Assembly (NCBI GenBank): GCA_016861245.1
Contig: BOKZ01000001.1
Coordinates: 13,107-77,106, forward strand
DNA length: 64,000 nucleotides
Direction of reading: 5' to 3'
Origin: Patescibacteria group bacterium
Lineage (GTDB): Bacteria > Patescibacteriota > UBA1384 > 2-12-FULL-50-11
The translations under genes and the position numbers were made by a program. Positions 31,508 through 40,382 of this stretch are shown in pieces (position 1 is the stretch's first letter; the number at the start of each line of letters is the position of its first letter). The notes beneath the pieces were generated by a model. It worked only from the letters and a program-made list of their open reading frames with translations, had not been told where the DNA came from and searched no databases.

Positions 31508-32683
31508 ATGAAGAAAGTTACGCAATCCGTCGCGGCAATTCTTATTGCCCTGCTCGTCGTCGGCTGCGGAGGCAACGGTGCTGGTACCGGAAGCGGTTCC
31601 AACACCAACGTCGCCTTTCGCGACGTCCCCCTCACCATTACCCAGATCAACGCCCTCAAGGCCGGCGATCGCGCGTTCGCCATGGTCGAACGTGAGAGCG
31701 GGATCGTCTTCGTTCCGATCACGCTCGGCAACCGCTACACAGCGGGCGCCAACGACTACCTGACCTTCAAGGACTCAGACGCCAAGTTCGGCTTCGGCGA
31801 TTCGGGATCTCCGATCCTGACGCCAGACGGCCACACTATCGGAGCCCTCTCCGGCTCCTACGGTGGGGACAACGTCCTCATCACGCCGATAGACAAGATG
31901 CTCAACGCAGTCGGCCGTCAAGCCAGCGCTTCGAACCAGTCCTTCCAGACGAAGTTGGCATGGTTCGGTGTTGGGGTGTCGGATCGCGCAATCAACGAGT
32001 TCAAGGAGAGCAACATCCACTTCATCGACGCTGGTCCGACCAGTCAAGCTCATGCAGCCACTCGTGGCGGACCGGGTTTTGAGCTGATCGCCGGCAGATC
32101 AATGGCAGTTGTGCCGTTCGACGGCCCGCTAGTGAAGATGTTCGCGATCGGAACACTGACGCACGATCCCAACAAGAACGAATCGCTTGGCTTTGGTCAT
32201 CCGCTCAACTGGGACGGCTCACCGTTCAACGGTATGCCGGTTTCACCAGCCCGCGTGGTTGCCTTCGTCAGAGATCCGTTCTGGGGTAGCTTCAAGTTGG
32301 CAGTCCCGGCTGGGGAATTTCAGGGCGGTATCGCTCAAGATCGGAACACGGGCATCCTCGTCGAGCGAACTCGCGAAACGCAGTGGATCAACCTCGTCGT
32401 CAACGCCAATGGGCGCTCGACAACTCACCGTGTTTGTCGTCTCGACGACATGAACTTCCAATCGCTATTCGTAGCCAACGGGCTCGATAGTGTGGCACAG
32501 TTGATGTTCGACAGCGGCAACCCGGGATGGCACGAGACCAACATCACACTGACCTTCGCCAACAACGAGACGATGACGCTCGAACCCGGTTTCTACAACT
32601 GGGCGTTCGCCGGCTACGACGTTTGGTCGGCGATCGCGGACCACTGGCTCCACACCGTCAGGGTCGAGATCACCATCAACTAG
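31508..32683 (+). CDS. Hypothetical lipoprotein with GDSGSP serine-peptidase-like motif
   Basis: Lipobox LLVVGCGG. FGFGDSGSPIL resembles the S1 peptidase active-site Ser motif. GC about 60%. Confidence 0.45.
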   Translation: MKKVTQSVAAILIALLVVGCGGNGAGTGSGSNTNVAFRDVPLTITQINALKAGDRAFAMVERESGIVFVPITLGNRYTAGANDYLTFKDSDAKFGFGDSGSPILTPDGHTIGALSGSYGGDNVLITPIDKMLNAVGRQASASNQSFQTKLAWFGVGVSDRAINEFKESNIHFIDAGPTSQAHAATRGGPGFELIAGRSMAVVPFDGPLVKMFAIGTLTHDPNKNESLGFGHPLNWDGSPFNGMPVSPARVVAFVRDPFWGSFKLAVPAGEFQGGIAQDRNTGILVERTRETQWINLVVNANGRSTTHRVCRLDDMNFQSLFVANGLDSVAQLMFDSGNPGWHETNITLTFANNETMTLEPGFYNWAFAGYDVWSAIADHWLHTVRVEITIN

Positions 32684-32763
32684 CGCTTCGGCGCATGGGC
32701 GGCACGCAGACAACTGCGAGCCGCCCTATTTTTTTACCCTCGTTTTTGCCACAATCCCCTCAA

Positions 32764-33627
32764 ATGCCAGAACTACCAGAGGTTGAAACAATCCGAGCTG
32801 GTTTAAAAAGGATGCTAATCGGACATCGAATTTGTTCGATAAATGTTCGGGACAAAAAACTATTCATTGGCGATCCTGAAACCATTAAAAATCAAGCTGT
32901 TATCGAGATCGCGCGGCGCGCCAAAATTCTTATTATTAGGCTTGAACGCTCATACCTACTTATCCACTTAAAAATGACTGGGCAGCTGATATTTGTTCCT
33001 AACGGCGCTACCGAACAAGATATGGTAGTCGGCGGTCACCCAGACCCGGCGTACTCGTTTTCCCTACCACATAAACACACACACGTAATTTTTGAATTAG
33101 ATCACGGCAAACTTTATTTCAACGATCTCCGTAAGTTCGGTTGGATCAAAGTGGTGGAATCTGCCGAACAAATTGAGCCGCACGTTCATACGCTAGGACC
33201 AGAGTACAACTGGCCTGAGTTTTCACTTGAGTATTTTACGAAAAAACTGGCTCGCAAAAAAGCAATCACCGTCAAACAATTACTTCTAGATCAAACGATC
33301 GTGGCTGGGATCGGAAATATATACGCCGACGAAACGCTATTCTTATCGAAAGTTCATCCCCAAACGAAAGTAAATGAATTAAAACCGAACGAAATCCAAA
33401 TAATTTTCAAAAATATCCCAACAATATTTAACAAAGCCCTAAAACACGGCGGCACCAGCAGCCAACACTACCGACAAGCAGACGGCAAAATGGGAACCTA
33501 CCTAGCCGTCGCCAACGTTTATAAAAGAGAAGGGATGCCTTGCACCGTCTGTGGTACACCGATCGAACGGATTAAAATCGCCGGCCGATCAAGTCATTTT
33601 TGCCCGAGCTGTCAAAAAAAGCGCTAG
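32764..33627 (+). CDS. mutM: Formamidopyrimidine-DNA glycosylase
   Basis: Canonical MPELPEVE N-terminus (catalytic Pro2), H2TH domain, C-terminal zinc finger CTVCGTPI..CPSCQKK. The track ORF starts 79 codons upstream within the preceding GC-rich gene. Confidence 0.88.
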   Translation: MPELPEVETIRAGLKRMLIGHRICSINVRDKKLFIGDPETIKNQAVIEIARRAKILIIRLERSYLLIHLKMTGQLIFVPNGATEQDMVVGGHPDPAYSFSLPHKHTHVIFELDHGKLYFNDLRKFGWIKVVESAEQIEPHVHTLGPEYNWPEFSLEYFTKKLARKKAITVKQLLLDQTIVAGIGNIYADETLFLSKVHPQTKVNELKPNEIQIIFKNIPTIFNKALKHGGTSSQHYRQADGKMGTYLAVANVYKREGMPCTVCGTPIERIKIAGRSSHFCPSCQKKR

Positions 33628-33634
33628 GCGATGC

Positions 33635-34516
33635 CTAGCGCAACTGAACGGAAAGCGCACGGAGCTTCGTCGAAGCGTCGCGAACGGCGTAGATATCTGC
33701 CTCATGACCAGCGCACCGAGATTTAACGCTCCCGGCGAATAGATGGGTGCCGTCGCAGAGAAAACTCAGCGCGCCAAGCAGATCTTGCGCCCGGTGCAGC
33801 AGCATTCGTTCTCGAAACTGCTCAACACCGAGTTGCTTAACCCAGCCGATCGATTGAGACTTTCTTGGAAGCAAAGCTCGCGCTGGCCAGTAGAGCCAGT
33901 GTGGCAACCCGACGGTGTTTGCCTGTAGAATTTCCATCAGCAAATCATCGTTTGGCAGTGAGAGCTCTTTACTGAACTTGCCGAGTTCCCCAGGAAAGTC
34001 GCACTCGATGTTGATCTGTAGCATCGAGCTATCCCCGGGCCAGATCTCAACCCCCCATCGCTCTTGCCTTTTTTGAGGGTAAATCCAGTCACAAAGACCG
34101 GTAACCGTGCGGTGTGAAACTTTCTCGGATTTTACAACCGCTGCTCCTCGCAGCCGTTCGTAATAGAATAGCGCTCCGCCGCAAAACGGCGGCCAACCAT
34201 TGGCTTCAATCACGAGGTTATTAAACCCCATCCAGCGCAGAAATCCGATATGCTCGAACACGTGGAGCTGCTTGGTAAAGCTCATCTCCAACACGATCCG
34301 GCGTTTTTTCGTCGTCGCCATGACGCTAGTAATCGGCACAAGTCGGCCGCAATCTAGCCAATACCAGCCCGGGTTATCGAGCGGTCCCGGATGAAAGGTA
34401 ATGCTTGACGGCAAGCCGAACAAGTTTCGACCCTTGATGGTTACTGAATGAGTCAGCGTGAGATTGTTCATTCCACTCCTATTAATGTGCTCAGGCATTC
34501 TAGCGAGAACTAACAA
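33635..34516 (-). CDS. LpxC-like (UDP-3-O-acyl-GlcNAc deacetylase family) protein, probably catalytically divergent
   Basis: Aligns by eye to E. coli LpxC along its length (TLTHSVTIKG..ITFHPGP vs TLKRIVQATG..LTLRPAP, FEHIGFL..NLVIEANG vs VEHLNAAL..NIVIEVNA). The GLHTG His and the HKxxD zinc ligands appear replaced. Confidence 0.5.
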   Translation of the reverse strand: MLVLARMPEHINRSGMNNLTLTHSVTIKGRNLFGLPSSITFHPGPLDNPGWYWLDCGRLVPITSVMATTKKRRIVLEMSFTKQLHVFEHIGFLRWMGFNNLVIEANGWPPFCGGALFYYERLRGAAVVKSEKVSHRTVTGLCDWIYPQKRQERWGVEIWPGDSSMLQINIECDFPGELGKFSKELSLPNDDLLMEILQANTVGLPHWLYWPARALLPRKSQSIGWVKQLGVEQFRERMLLHRAQDLLGALSFLCDGTHLFAGSVKSRCAGHEADIYAVRDASTKLRALSVQLR

Positions 34517-34603
34517 GAAAATCCAGAGTATTTAGTGTAAAACCGGTGACATACCGACTAGAATTAGGTAAACTATGCACAACGCTTCGGCGTGAGGTAA
34601 AAA

Positions 34604-35053
34604 ATGCTCCTTTGCATCTTGAGATTCTTTCAGAACTTGTTCGCCGCAGTACCCCAACAAGCGGCGCAGTCAGTTAATCACAGCGACATCCTTGTGCGCG
34701 AACTGACTCGAACCGACAAACTCGGGCAACACCTGTGCGGCGCCTGCCACGCGCTCATCAATATGCGCACCGAGCTCGAACAGCGAGGCAGGGGGTTAAG
34801 AGGCCAAGACGCGGTCATCCTCTTCAATTTCCTGAAACTGATTGACGCGCAGCTGACAAGGCTCTACTCAATCTTAAGTTCGGGCTGTCGCGAAATTAGC
34901 TTCAGCGAGCAGGCCGAGATCAGAGCAATACTGAACGACTACCGCCTCGTTTACGCGGCATCGGAGGTCAAGCCTCCCAACGACGACCATCTCTGGTATG
35001 TTCGTGAACTGCAAGATCTCACAAACGTGCCAGACCAGACCCACCGCCCGTAA
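34604..35053 (+). CDS. Hypothetical protein
   Basis: 149-aa ORF followed by a GC hairpin terminator (CCGCCCGTAAGGGCGG plus TTTCTTTT). Confidence 0.35.
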   Translation: MLLCILRFFQNLFAAVPQQAAQSVNHSDILVRELTRTDKLGQHLCGACHALINMRTELEQRGRGLRGQDAVILFNFLKLIDAQLTRLYSILSSGCREISFSEQAEIRAILNDYRLVYAASEVKPPNDDHLWYVRELQDLTNVPDQTHRP

Positions 35054-35135
35054 GGGCGGTTTCTTTTATACTCATTGATATTCAGCTACTAACAGATATA
35101 CTGTCGGCAGTGCAGTCGCACATCACAACTAGGAG

Positions 35136-36104
35136 ATGACCATGACAAATTCCGTGCCTGTTGTTAAATATAAACCGCTTTCAGAGCGGGTCGCCGACAC
35201 TCAGTTTCAAGATCTGGTAAGAAGGATCCTTTTCGCCGACCGTTGGAACATGCCCGTACAAGGCGTGGCCAGCTGTCAGATCGCTGGCGCCGAACTCCGG
35301 TTCAACATGTCGAACGGTTTTCCTTTGATGACCGAGCGCGACATGATTTGTCCGATTCCCCGAAAGGGAAAGGAAGACTGGCCATCGATCTTTTCACAGT
35401 CAATCGCTGAAATGGTCGCATTCGTTAACGGCGCCCGAACTCAAGATGAGTACGAGGCTCACGGATGTTTCTGGTGGCGACGCTGGCTCACAAAAGCCAA
35501 ATGCGAATACAACCACCTGGAAGAGGGCGACAACGGCGTCGGCTCGTACGGCGCGGTGCTAACCAACTTCCCGACGCATCAAGGCGAGCCGCACAACGGC
35601 AAGCCGTTCGACCAAATTGATGCGGTGTTCGAAGAGATGAAGCGCTACCCTGGATACCGAACACACGTGATCACGACTTGGTGCCCGCCGTATACTTACG
35701 CCGGAGACAACCGCAAAGTCGTTGTCGCGCCGTGCCACGGTACGGTCGTTCAGTTTCAGCTAGACGAAGAGCGCAAAGAGCTCACACTCGTTCACGTTCA
35801 GCGTAGCTGCGACATCTTAGTTGGTGGAATCGGCAACATTTGCCAGTACGCCGCCATCTTCGGTCTCGCAGCCGCCAAGATACTGGGCTACACCTTCGTG
35901 GAATACATCCACTACATGGTTCAACCCCACATCTACGAGAACCAACTCGAGGGGACGAAAGAAGTGCTTGGTCGAAGTCCTAGAGCGTTCCCTACGGTTA
36001 CGCTAGTGGGCGAAATCGCCAGCATCAAAGATCTCAGACCCGAGCACTTTGTTGTTGAAGAATACGACCCCCACCCCTACTTCAACATCCCAACCCCTAT
36101 CTAG
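35136..36104 (+). CDS. thyA: Thymidylate synthase
   Basis: LRFNMSNGFPLMTERD, active-site APCHGTVVQF, QRSCDILVG and EYDPHP motifs match ThyA. Confidence 0.88.
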   Translation: MTMTNSVPVVKYKPLSERVADTQFQDLVRRILFADRWNMPVQGVASCQIAGAELRFNMSNGFPLMTERDMICPIPRKGKEDWPSIFSQSIAEMVAFVNGARTQDEYEAHGCFWWRRWLTKAKCEYNHLEEGDNGVGSYGAVLTNFPTHQGEPHNGKPFDQIDAVFEEMKRYPGYRTHVITTWCPPYTYAGDNRKVVVAPCHGTVVQFQLDEERKELTLVHVQRSCDILVGGIGNICQYAAIFGLAAAKILGYTFVEYIHYMVQPHIYENQLEGTKEVLGRSPRAFPTVTLVGEIASIKDLRPEHFVVEEYDPHPYFNIPTPI

Positions 36105-36111
36105 GAGAACT

Positions 36112-36639
36112 ATGAGCGCAACAATTATCGTCGCTACTGACCGCAACTGGCTGATCGGAGATCGGCCAGACGGTCAACTTATCGGCCGGACACCTTGGCA
36201 AGGCCAACTGCCGGCGGATATGGAATATTTCATGGATCAAACAATGGGAAAGGTTGTGGCGATGACCCGACCGACTTACCTGACGATTCCAAAGAAGTTC
36301 CGTCCGCTTCGTGGCCGAACCAACGTTGTCCTCACAACCCGTCACGACTTCACAGAAGACGGCTGTGTCGTTGTCAACTCAACGGAACAACTATTTCGCG
36401 AATTCGGAGCGAAAGAATTGATGATTGCTGGCGGAGGCATGCTCTACGAGCAGTCGCTTCATAACGAACAGGTTGACCGAGTTCTACGAACGAAGGTCAA
36501 TGCCGAATTCGAAGGCAACATCTACTTTCCAGAGCTCCTTATTACGGAGTGGGAGTTGATTCGATCAGTTCCGTTTCAAGCTGACAAGCTTAACAGCTAC
36601 GACTACATCTTCGAGACGTATGTCAGAATCCAAATCTAG
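36112..36639 (+). CDS. folA: Dihydrofolate reductase
   Basis: IVATDRNWLIGDRPDGQLIGRTPW..LPADMEYF DHFR signature. AGGAGA SD 4 nt before the ATG, immediately after the thyA stop. Confidence 0.85.
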   Translation: MSATIIVATDRNWLIGDRPDGQLIGRTPWQGQLPADMEYFMDQTMGKVVAMTRPTYLTIPKKFRPLRGRTNVVLTTRHDFTEDGCVVVNSTEQLFREFGAKELMIAGGGMLYEQSLHNEQVDRVLRTKVNAEFEGNIYFPELLITEWELIRSVPFQADKLNSYDYIFETYVRIQI

Positions 36640-36704
36640 CCGGCTCACGCCGGCTCTTTATTTACAACAAAGCTATCTACAACTAATGTTAGCCCAATAG
36701 TAGT

Positions 36705-37226
36705 ATGGCAATAAGTAAAATGAATACTCACGAAAATATCGACAAACCTAAGATAGTTGATCCAAGGAATGCTCGCAATCCCGAGTACCAGCAACAACTA
36801 TTAGAAATTGAAAAATCTGGAAAATGCCCATTCTGCCCAGGTGGACAAACGTTTATAGATGAATCCGATATGTTTATTACTGACAATGAGCAATGGTTAG
36901 TTAAACAGAGTAAAGCTCCGTACGCTAACAGCGCCGTTCACTTAGTTTGTATTCTACGTACACACAAAATTAGACTGGGAGAAATGACTGAAGCCGAGTG
37001 GACAAGCCTAATGCCTTTAATTGAGCAGGCGCTACTTAAGCTGAACATCAACAACGACGGTGGCAGTCTTTTTGTTCGCGAAGGTGCGACCGAATTAACT
37101 GGTGCCACCGTTTGCCATCTGCATTTCAATTATGTTATTCCCGAATCATCAGAAAACGATACCAAAATTGTAACTGTACGTTTCGGAGGCTGGAACGGAG
37201 CTCCTGAATGGGAGAGACCAAACTAA
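36705..37226 (+). CDS. HIT-superfamily-like protein
   Basis: CPFCPGG motif and C-terminal CHLHFNYV histidine-triad-like motif. The third His is not conserved. Confidence 0.5.
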   Translation: MAISKMNTHENIDKPKIVDPRNARNPEYQQQLLEIEKSGKCPFCPGGQTFIDESDMFITDNEQWLVKQSKAPYANSAVHLVCILRTHKIRLGEMTEAEWTSLMPLIEQALLKLNINNDGGSLFVREGATELTGATVCHLHFNYVIPESSENDTKIVTVRFGGWNGAPEWERPN

Positions 37227-37248
37227 AACCTAATTTATAATTGCAATT

Positions 37249-38073
37249 TTACTGCACTAAAATTACTTCAACCCCAAACGCCTTTAACTCCCGCTCGCCG
37301 TCTAACGACGAGTAGCCAGAGCTGTAATAGCATTTTTTTATGCCGCTGTTAGCAATAAGCTGCGCGCAATCCGGACACGGAAAAGTTGTAACGTAGATAC
37401 TGGCACCATCCAGCGAAATTCCCTCTTTTGCTGCCTCAACTATTACAGCTTGTTCGGCATGAAGTGTGGTTCTGAGTTCTGTATTAACTCCTAACGGCAA
37501 GAAATTTCGCGGATCTCCGTCGATATATGGAGAATGAGCAGTTGGTTGACGTTGGTTGAACGACTGCAATATCTTTGTTCCATTCTTTACTACTACTGCA
37601 CCAACTTGCCGATACCAATCAGAGCTACGGTTCGCTTCATGCTCGGCTGATCTTATCATCTCTTGGTCAAATTTCTTCTTGGATATTGTCCGATCCGGCG
37701 AAACTTCGTTTACCGTTTGCACATTTTTTGTGTCCCAGCGCAAAAACGGACTAACTTTTTTAACCTTCTTGAATGAGTACGTCTTTATCAGCTGGTCAGA
37801 GATATCTTCGTCAGCCATTAATAGATCGTCCGTGGTTAGCCCCCTAATTTGTTTCTTATTAACAAGTACCACTTCTTTAAACAATGCCGTGGAATCAATA
37901 ATTTGTTTTATTAACGCTGGTTTAACCGCTCGAACTTCTCTAGCGAGTTCAGGAAAGTCGTTGATAATGTCTAAATCAATAATTGCCAAACGATCGACGG
38001 TCGACGCAACTTTATCAAATAAACTTATATAGCCCTGATGAAGCACTGGAATATAGAGCAACAACGTTTTCAC
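37249..38073 (-). CDS. dCMP deaminase (cytidine/deoxycytidylate deaminase family) with N-terminal extension
   Basis: Zinc-binding HAEQAVIVEA..PCPDCAQLI motifs in the C-terminal half. About 120 aa of unrecognised N-terminal sequence. Confidence 0.8.
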   Translation of the reverse strand: MKTLLLYIPVLHQGYISLFDKVASTVDRLAIIDLDIINDFPELAREVRAVKPALIKQIIDSTALFKEVVLVNKKQIRGLTTDDLLMADEDISDQLIKTYSFKKVKKVSPFLRWDTKNVQTVNEVSPDRTISKKKFDQEMIRSAEHEANRSSDWYRQVGAVVVKNGTKILQSFNQRQPTAHSPYIDGDPRNFLPLGVNTELRTTLHAEQAVIVEAAKEGISLDGASIYVTTFPCPDCAQLIANSGIKKCYYSSGYSSLDGERELKAFGVEVILVQ

Positions 38074-38627
38074 TCTAACTCAGCCAACGCTTCTAGGGTT
38101 TTCTTTGCTTTTTCAACAAAATCGAGCGTCATTAAACGGATTTTGGCAGAAGTCGAAGTTTCGGCCTGACTCGGCAGTACAACTACCTTTATTCCATGTT
38201 TTTCAATTTCTTTAATTTGCTTTGGTGAGTAGCTTCTTTCAGTTGCTACTAGGATGTCCGGCTTAAAAACATTAATTAACCCATCTTGATAATACTCATC
38301 AGCGATCGTAACGTAGTCGACGTGGCGCAAATGTGCGAGTGTTTCGATCCGCTCTTGCTCGGGAACGATTGGACGTCGAGGCCCTTTGCGGCTTTGCACC
38401 CATTTGTCACTGTCAACAGCGACGATCAATACGTCTCCTTGTTGTTTTGCTTTTTCGATATATCTTGCGTGACCAATATGAAGTAAATCGTACGTTCCAA
38501 GTACTAATACAACTTTCAAATTAAGCTTCTTGAGCGCATCTGTAATCTCACCAAGTTTCTCGTGTTTTTTAATAAACTTCTTATCGAAATTTGCACCGGG
38601 TCCAAAGACATCGCTAAGGTTTGCCAT
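38070..38627 (-). CDS. Cytidylyltransferase-like nucleotidyltransferase (HldE domain II / TagD family)
   Basis: GTYDLLHIGH HxGH motif. LIVAVDSDKWVQSRKGPRRPIVPEQERIETLAHLRHVDYV matches RfaE/HldE domain II (LIVAVNSD..KGDSRPVNPLEQR). Overlaps the dCMP deaminase stop by 4 nt. Confidence 0.65.
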   Translation of the reverse strand: MANLSDVFGPGANFDKKFIKKHEKLGEITDALKKLNLKVVLVLGTYDLLHIGHARYIEKAKQQGDVLIVAVDSDKWVQSRKGPRRPIVPEQERIETLAHLRHVDYVTIADEYYQDGLINVFKPDILVATERSYSPKQIKEIEKHGIKVVVLPSQAETSTSAKIRLMTLDFVEKAKKTLEALAELE

Positions 38628-38690
38628 CTTGGTTGTATCCTAATCGAATCTTTAACTTCGTCAAGAAAATTTGCGGGTGACCCGCAATGT

Positions 38691-39494
38691 TTATGCTATG
38701 AGACGCTCGTATTCACTTGCTTGTTTCAACAGCTCGTCATTAGTAAACCGCCGCTTGAGGATCGGTTGCCAGCTGCCGTCCGTGATCGACAGATCCCAGG
38801 GACAAACTGTACGCCACCAACGTACGCCTTCATGAATAGTCCCAGAAATTGGGTCGCGTCTGGAGAAGTGAATTATTTGGCAGTTGTGGATTTTTGTCGC
38901 TTCGTCGTTGGCTTCTTTCCATCTACAAAACTCCTCAACGGTCCAATGTAATCGTCTAATCATCCCAGCTTCAATTAGCGTTTCGTGCGCTACGATAATA
39001 ACCCGATGATCGTGATGTCGGTCAGATAACGAGTGCATTATCCGATCCCACCGCAGCCCCGCATCAAGGCGGGTTTCGCCGTTAGGTGGTCGCCAATAGA
39101 ACTCCTGCATTGCTCTTCGCGCTAGATTATCGCCAAACTTCTTGTCTTTTTGAGCTTGGGTCATCCCGTCTAGATCACCATGATCACGTTCGATCAAATA
39201 CGGGTCGATTTCCCATTCGGCTCCAGGCAATCCAAGATATCCGGCGGTTTCTCTGGCCCTAACATAGGCAGAAACCAAGCAATGATCGAACTGGCCGTGA
39301 ATGTTCTCTAGTATCCAGTTGCCAGCAGATTTTGCCTGTTTGACTCCGAGATCGGTTAATCGCCATGTTGAGTTATGCCGGTTGCGATGTTCGGGAGTTA
39401 GTAGGCTCGGATCACCGTTTCGGTCTCGTTTATTAGCAATATTGCCTTCGGACTCGCCGTGACGTACTAACACTAAGTCAATTGGTAGTGGCAT
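38691..39494 (-). CDS. Histidine phosphatase family protein (phosphoglycerate mutase-like)
   Basis: LVLVRHGESEGN catalytic RHG motif. Confidence 0.75.
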   Translation of the reverse strand: MPLPIDLVLVRHGESEGNIANKRDRNGDPSLLTPEHRNRHNSTWRLTDLGVKQAKSAGNWILENIHGQFDHCLVSAYVRARETAGYLGLPGAEWEIDPYLIERDHGDLDGMTQAQKDKKFGDNLARRAMQEFYWRPPNGETRLDAGLRWDRIMHSLSDRHHDHRVIIVAHETLIEAGMIRRLHWTVEEFCRWKEANDEATKIHNCQIIHFSRRDPISGTIHEGVRWWRTVCPWDLSITDGSWQPILKRRFTNDELLKQASEYERLIA

Positions 39495-39580
39495 TAAGCC
39501 TAATGTATGTTTGAGTCAAAAAAGGATCAAGTCTAAAAAAATTGAGTAAAATTACCCACCATCAGGTGGGTATTTATCAG

Positions 39581-39653
39581 TGGACCGTTGGGGATTCGAA
39601 CCCCACACCTCCGCAGTGCAAATGCGGCGCTCTACCAAATGAGCTAACGGCCC
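39581..39653 (-). tRNA. tRNA-Ala (anticodon TGC)
   Basis: Cloverleaf GGGCCGT/ACGGTCC acceptor, anticodon loop TTTGCAC, T-loop GGTTCGAATCC. No encoded CCA. Confidence 0.85.
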
Positions 39654-39804
39654 TCACTTCGTTCGGGCCTTGCTCTATCTCAACATAAAGTTTCGATATG
39701 AGCTAACTCCCGAGCTAGCACTCGGGCCGTTACTCTCGCTCGCTTATGCTCGCGATGATCAAACGGCCCAAAAGTCTTATGTATTATATCTAATCCGAAG
39801 GAGA

Positions 39805-40167
39805 TTATCGAGTGATTACAATACCTAATCCAACAATGGCGATCAGTATAAAAAGCACCGATACACCAATGTTGTACCAAATTGCAGCCGAAAATATTTT
39901 GGACATCATGGGCTTAGCGCTGTTTGGAACCTCTGTACCGTCCCAGATCTTTGGGGTCTTTGCTTCGTGCCAAAAATCAATTTTTTGAGCAAGCGAGAGC
40001 AACGAGATTAACAATACAAGGACGAAGAAAATAATGTACGGTCCATCCCCAGTTGTTAACGGCAGTGCCCAGCTAAAAATTGGGAAAACAGGAGTCACAA
40101 ACATCAATAAGACGAACGTAATGAACGCTACAAATACTATCCAAGTCAGTACTCTTCTAAAAAACAT
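39805..40167 (-). CDS. Hypothetical membrane protein
   Basis: Four predicted TM helices. Confidence 0.35.
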   Translation of the reverse strand: MFFRRVLTWIVFVAFITFVLLMFVTPVFPIFSWALPLTTGDGPYIIFFVLVLLISLLSLAQKIDFWHEAKTPKIWDGTEVPNSAKPMMSKIFSAAIWYNIGVSVLFILIAIVGLGIVITR

Positions 40168-40357
40168 ATAAAACGGCTCCTATTATCGTCAGCGCGCCGA
40201 GGATCTTCCACATCGAGTAAGTTCCACCCGTACCAAGGTAGCGTTCAGCGAGCGAGTTATAACCGAATAGATGTGTTAGTTGATAACTATGTGTCAGCAT
40301 CGCTACTCCCGCTGCCAGCCCGACAATCAGTACAATTATTTTGAGAATTATCCCCAT
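40157..40357 (-). CDS. Small hypothetical membrane protein
   Basis: Two TM helices. Overlaps the neighbouring gene by 11 nt. Confidence 0.3.
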   Translation of the reverse strand: MGIILKIIVLIVGLAAGVAMLTHSYQLTHLFGYNSLAERYLGTGGTYSMWKILGALTIIGAVLYVF

Positions 40358-40382
40358 ATCGTCAGTCTAGCAGAAGCGCCGA

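Noticed and set aside
31450-32461. Antisense and alternative-frame ORFs (31450-31731, 31474-31695, 31545-31763, 31775-32053, 32187-32453, 32243-32461) within the GC-rich lipoprotein gene
   Set aside because: Typical stop-codon depletion in high-GC coding sequence. The lipoprotein frame has a signal peptide and codon periodicity and the others do not.
32527-32763. 79-codon N-terminal extension of the fpg ORF, and antisense ORF 32465-32713
   Set aside because: Fpg must begin with Met-Pro-Glu-Leu, with the Pro2 catalytic nucleophile, at 32764. The upstream stretch is an Arg/Gln-rich read-through of the GC-rich lipoprotein gene's 3' end in another frame.
36049-36111. Upstream start of folA ORF overlapping thyA
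   Set aside because: DHFR homology begins at MSATIIVATDR (36112), which has a perfect AGGAGA SD. The upstream 21 codons overlap the thyA C-terminus out of frame.
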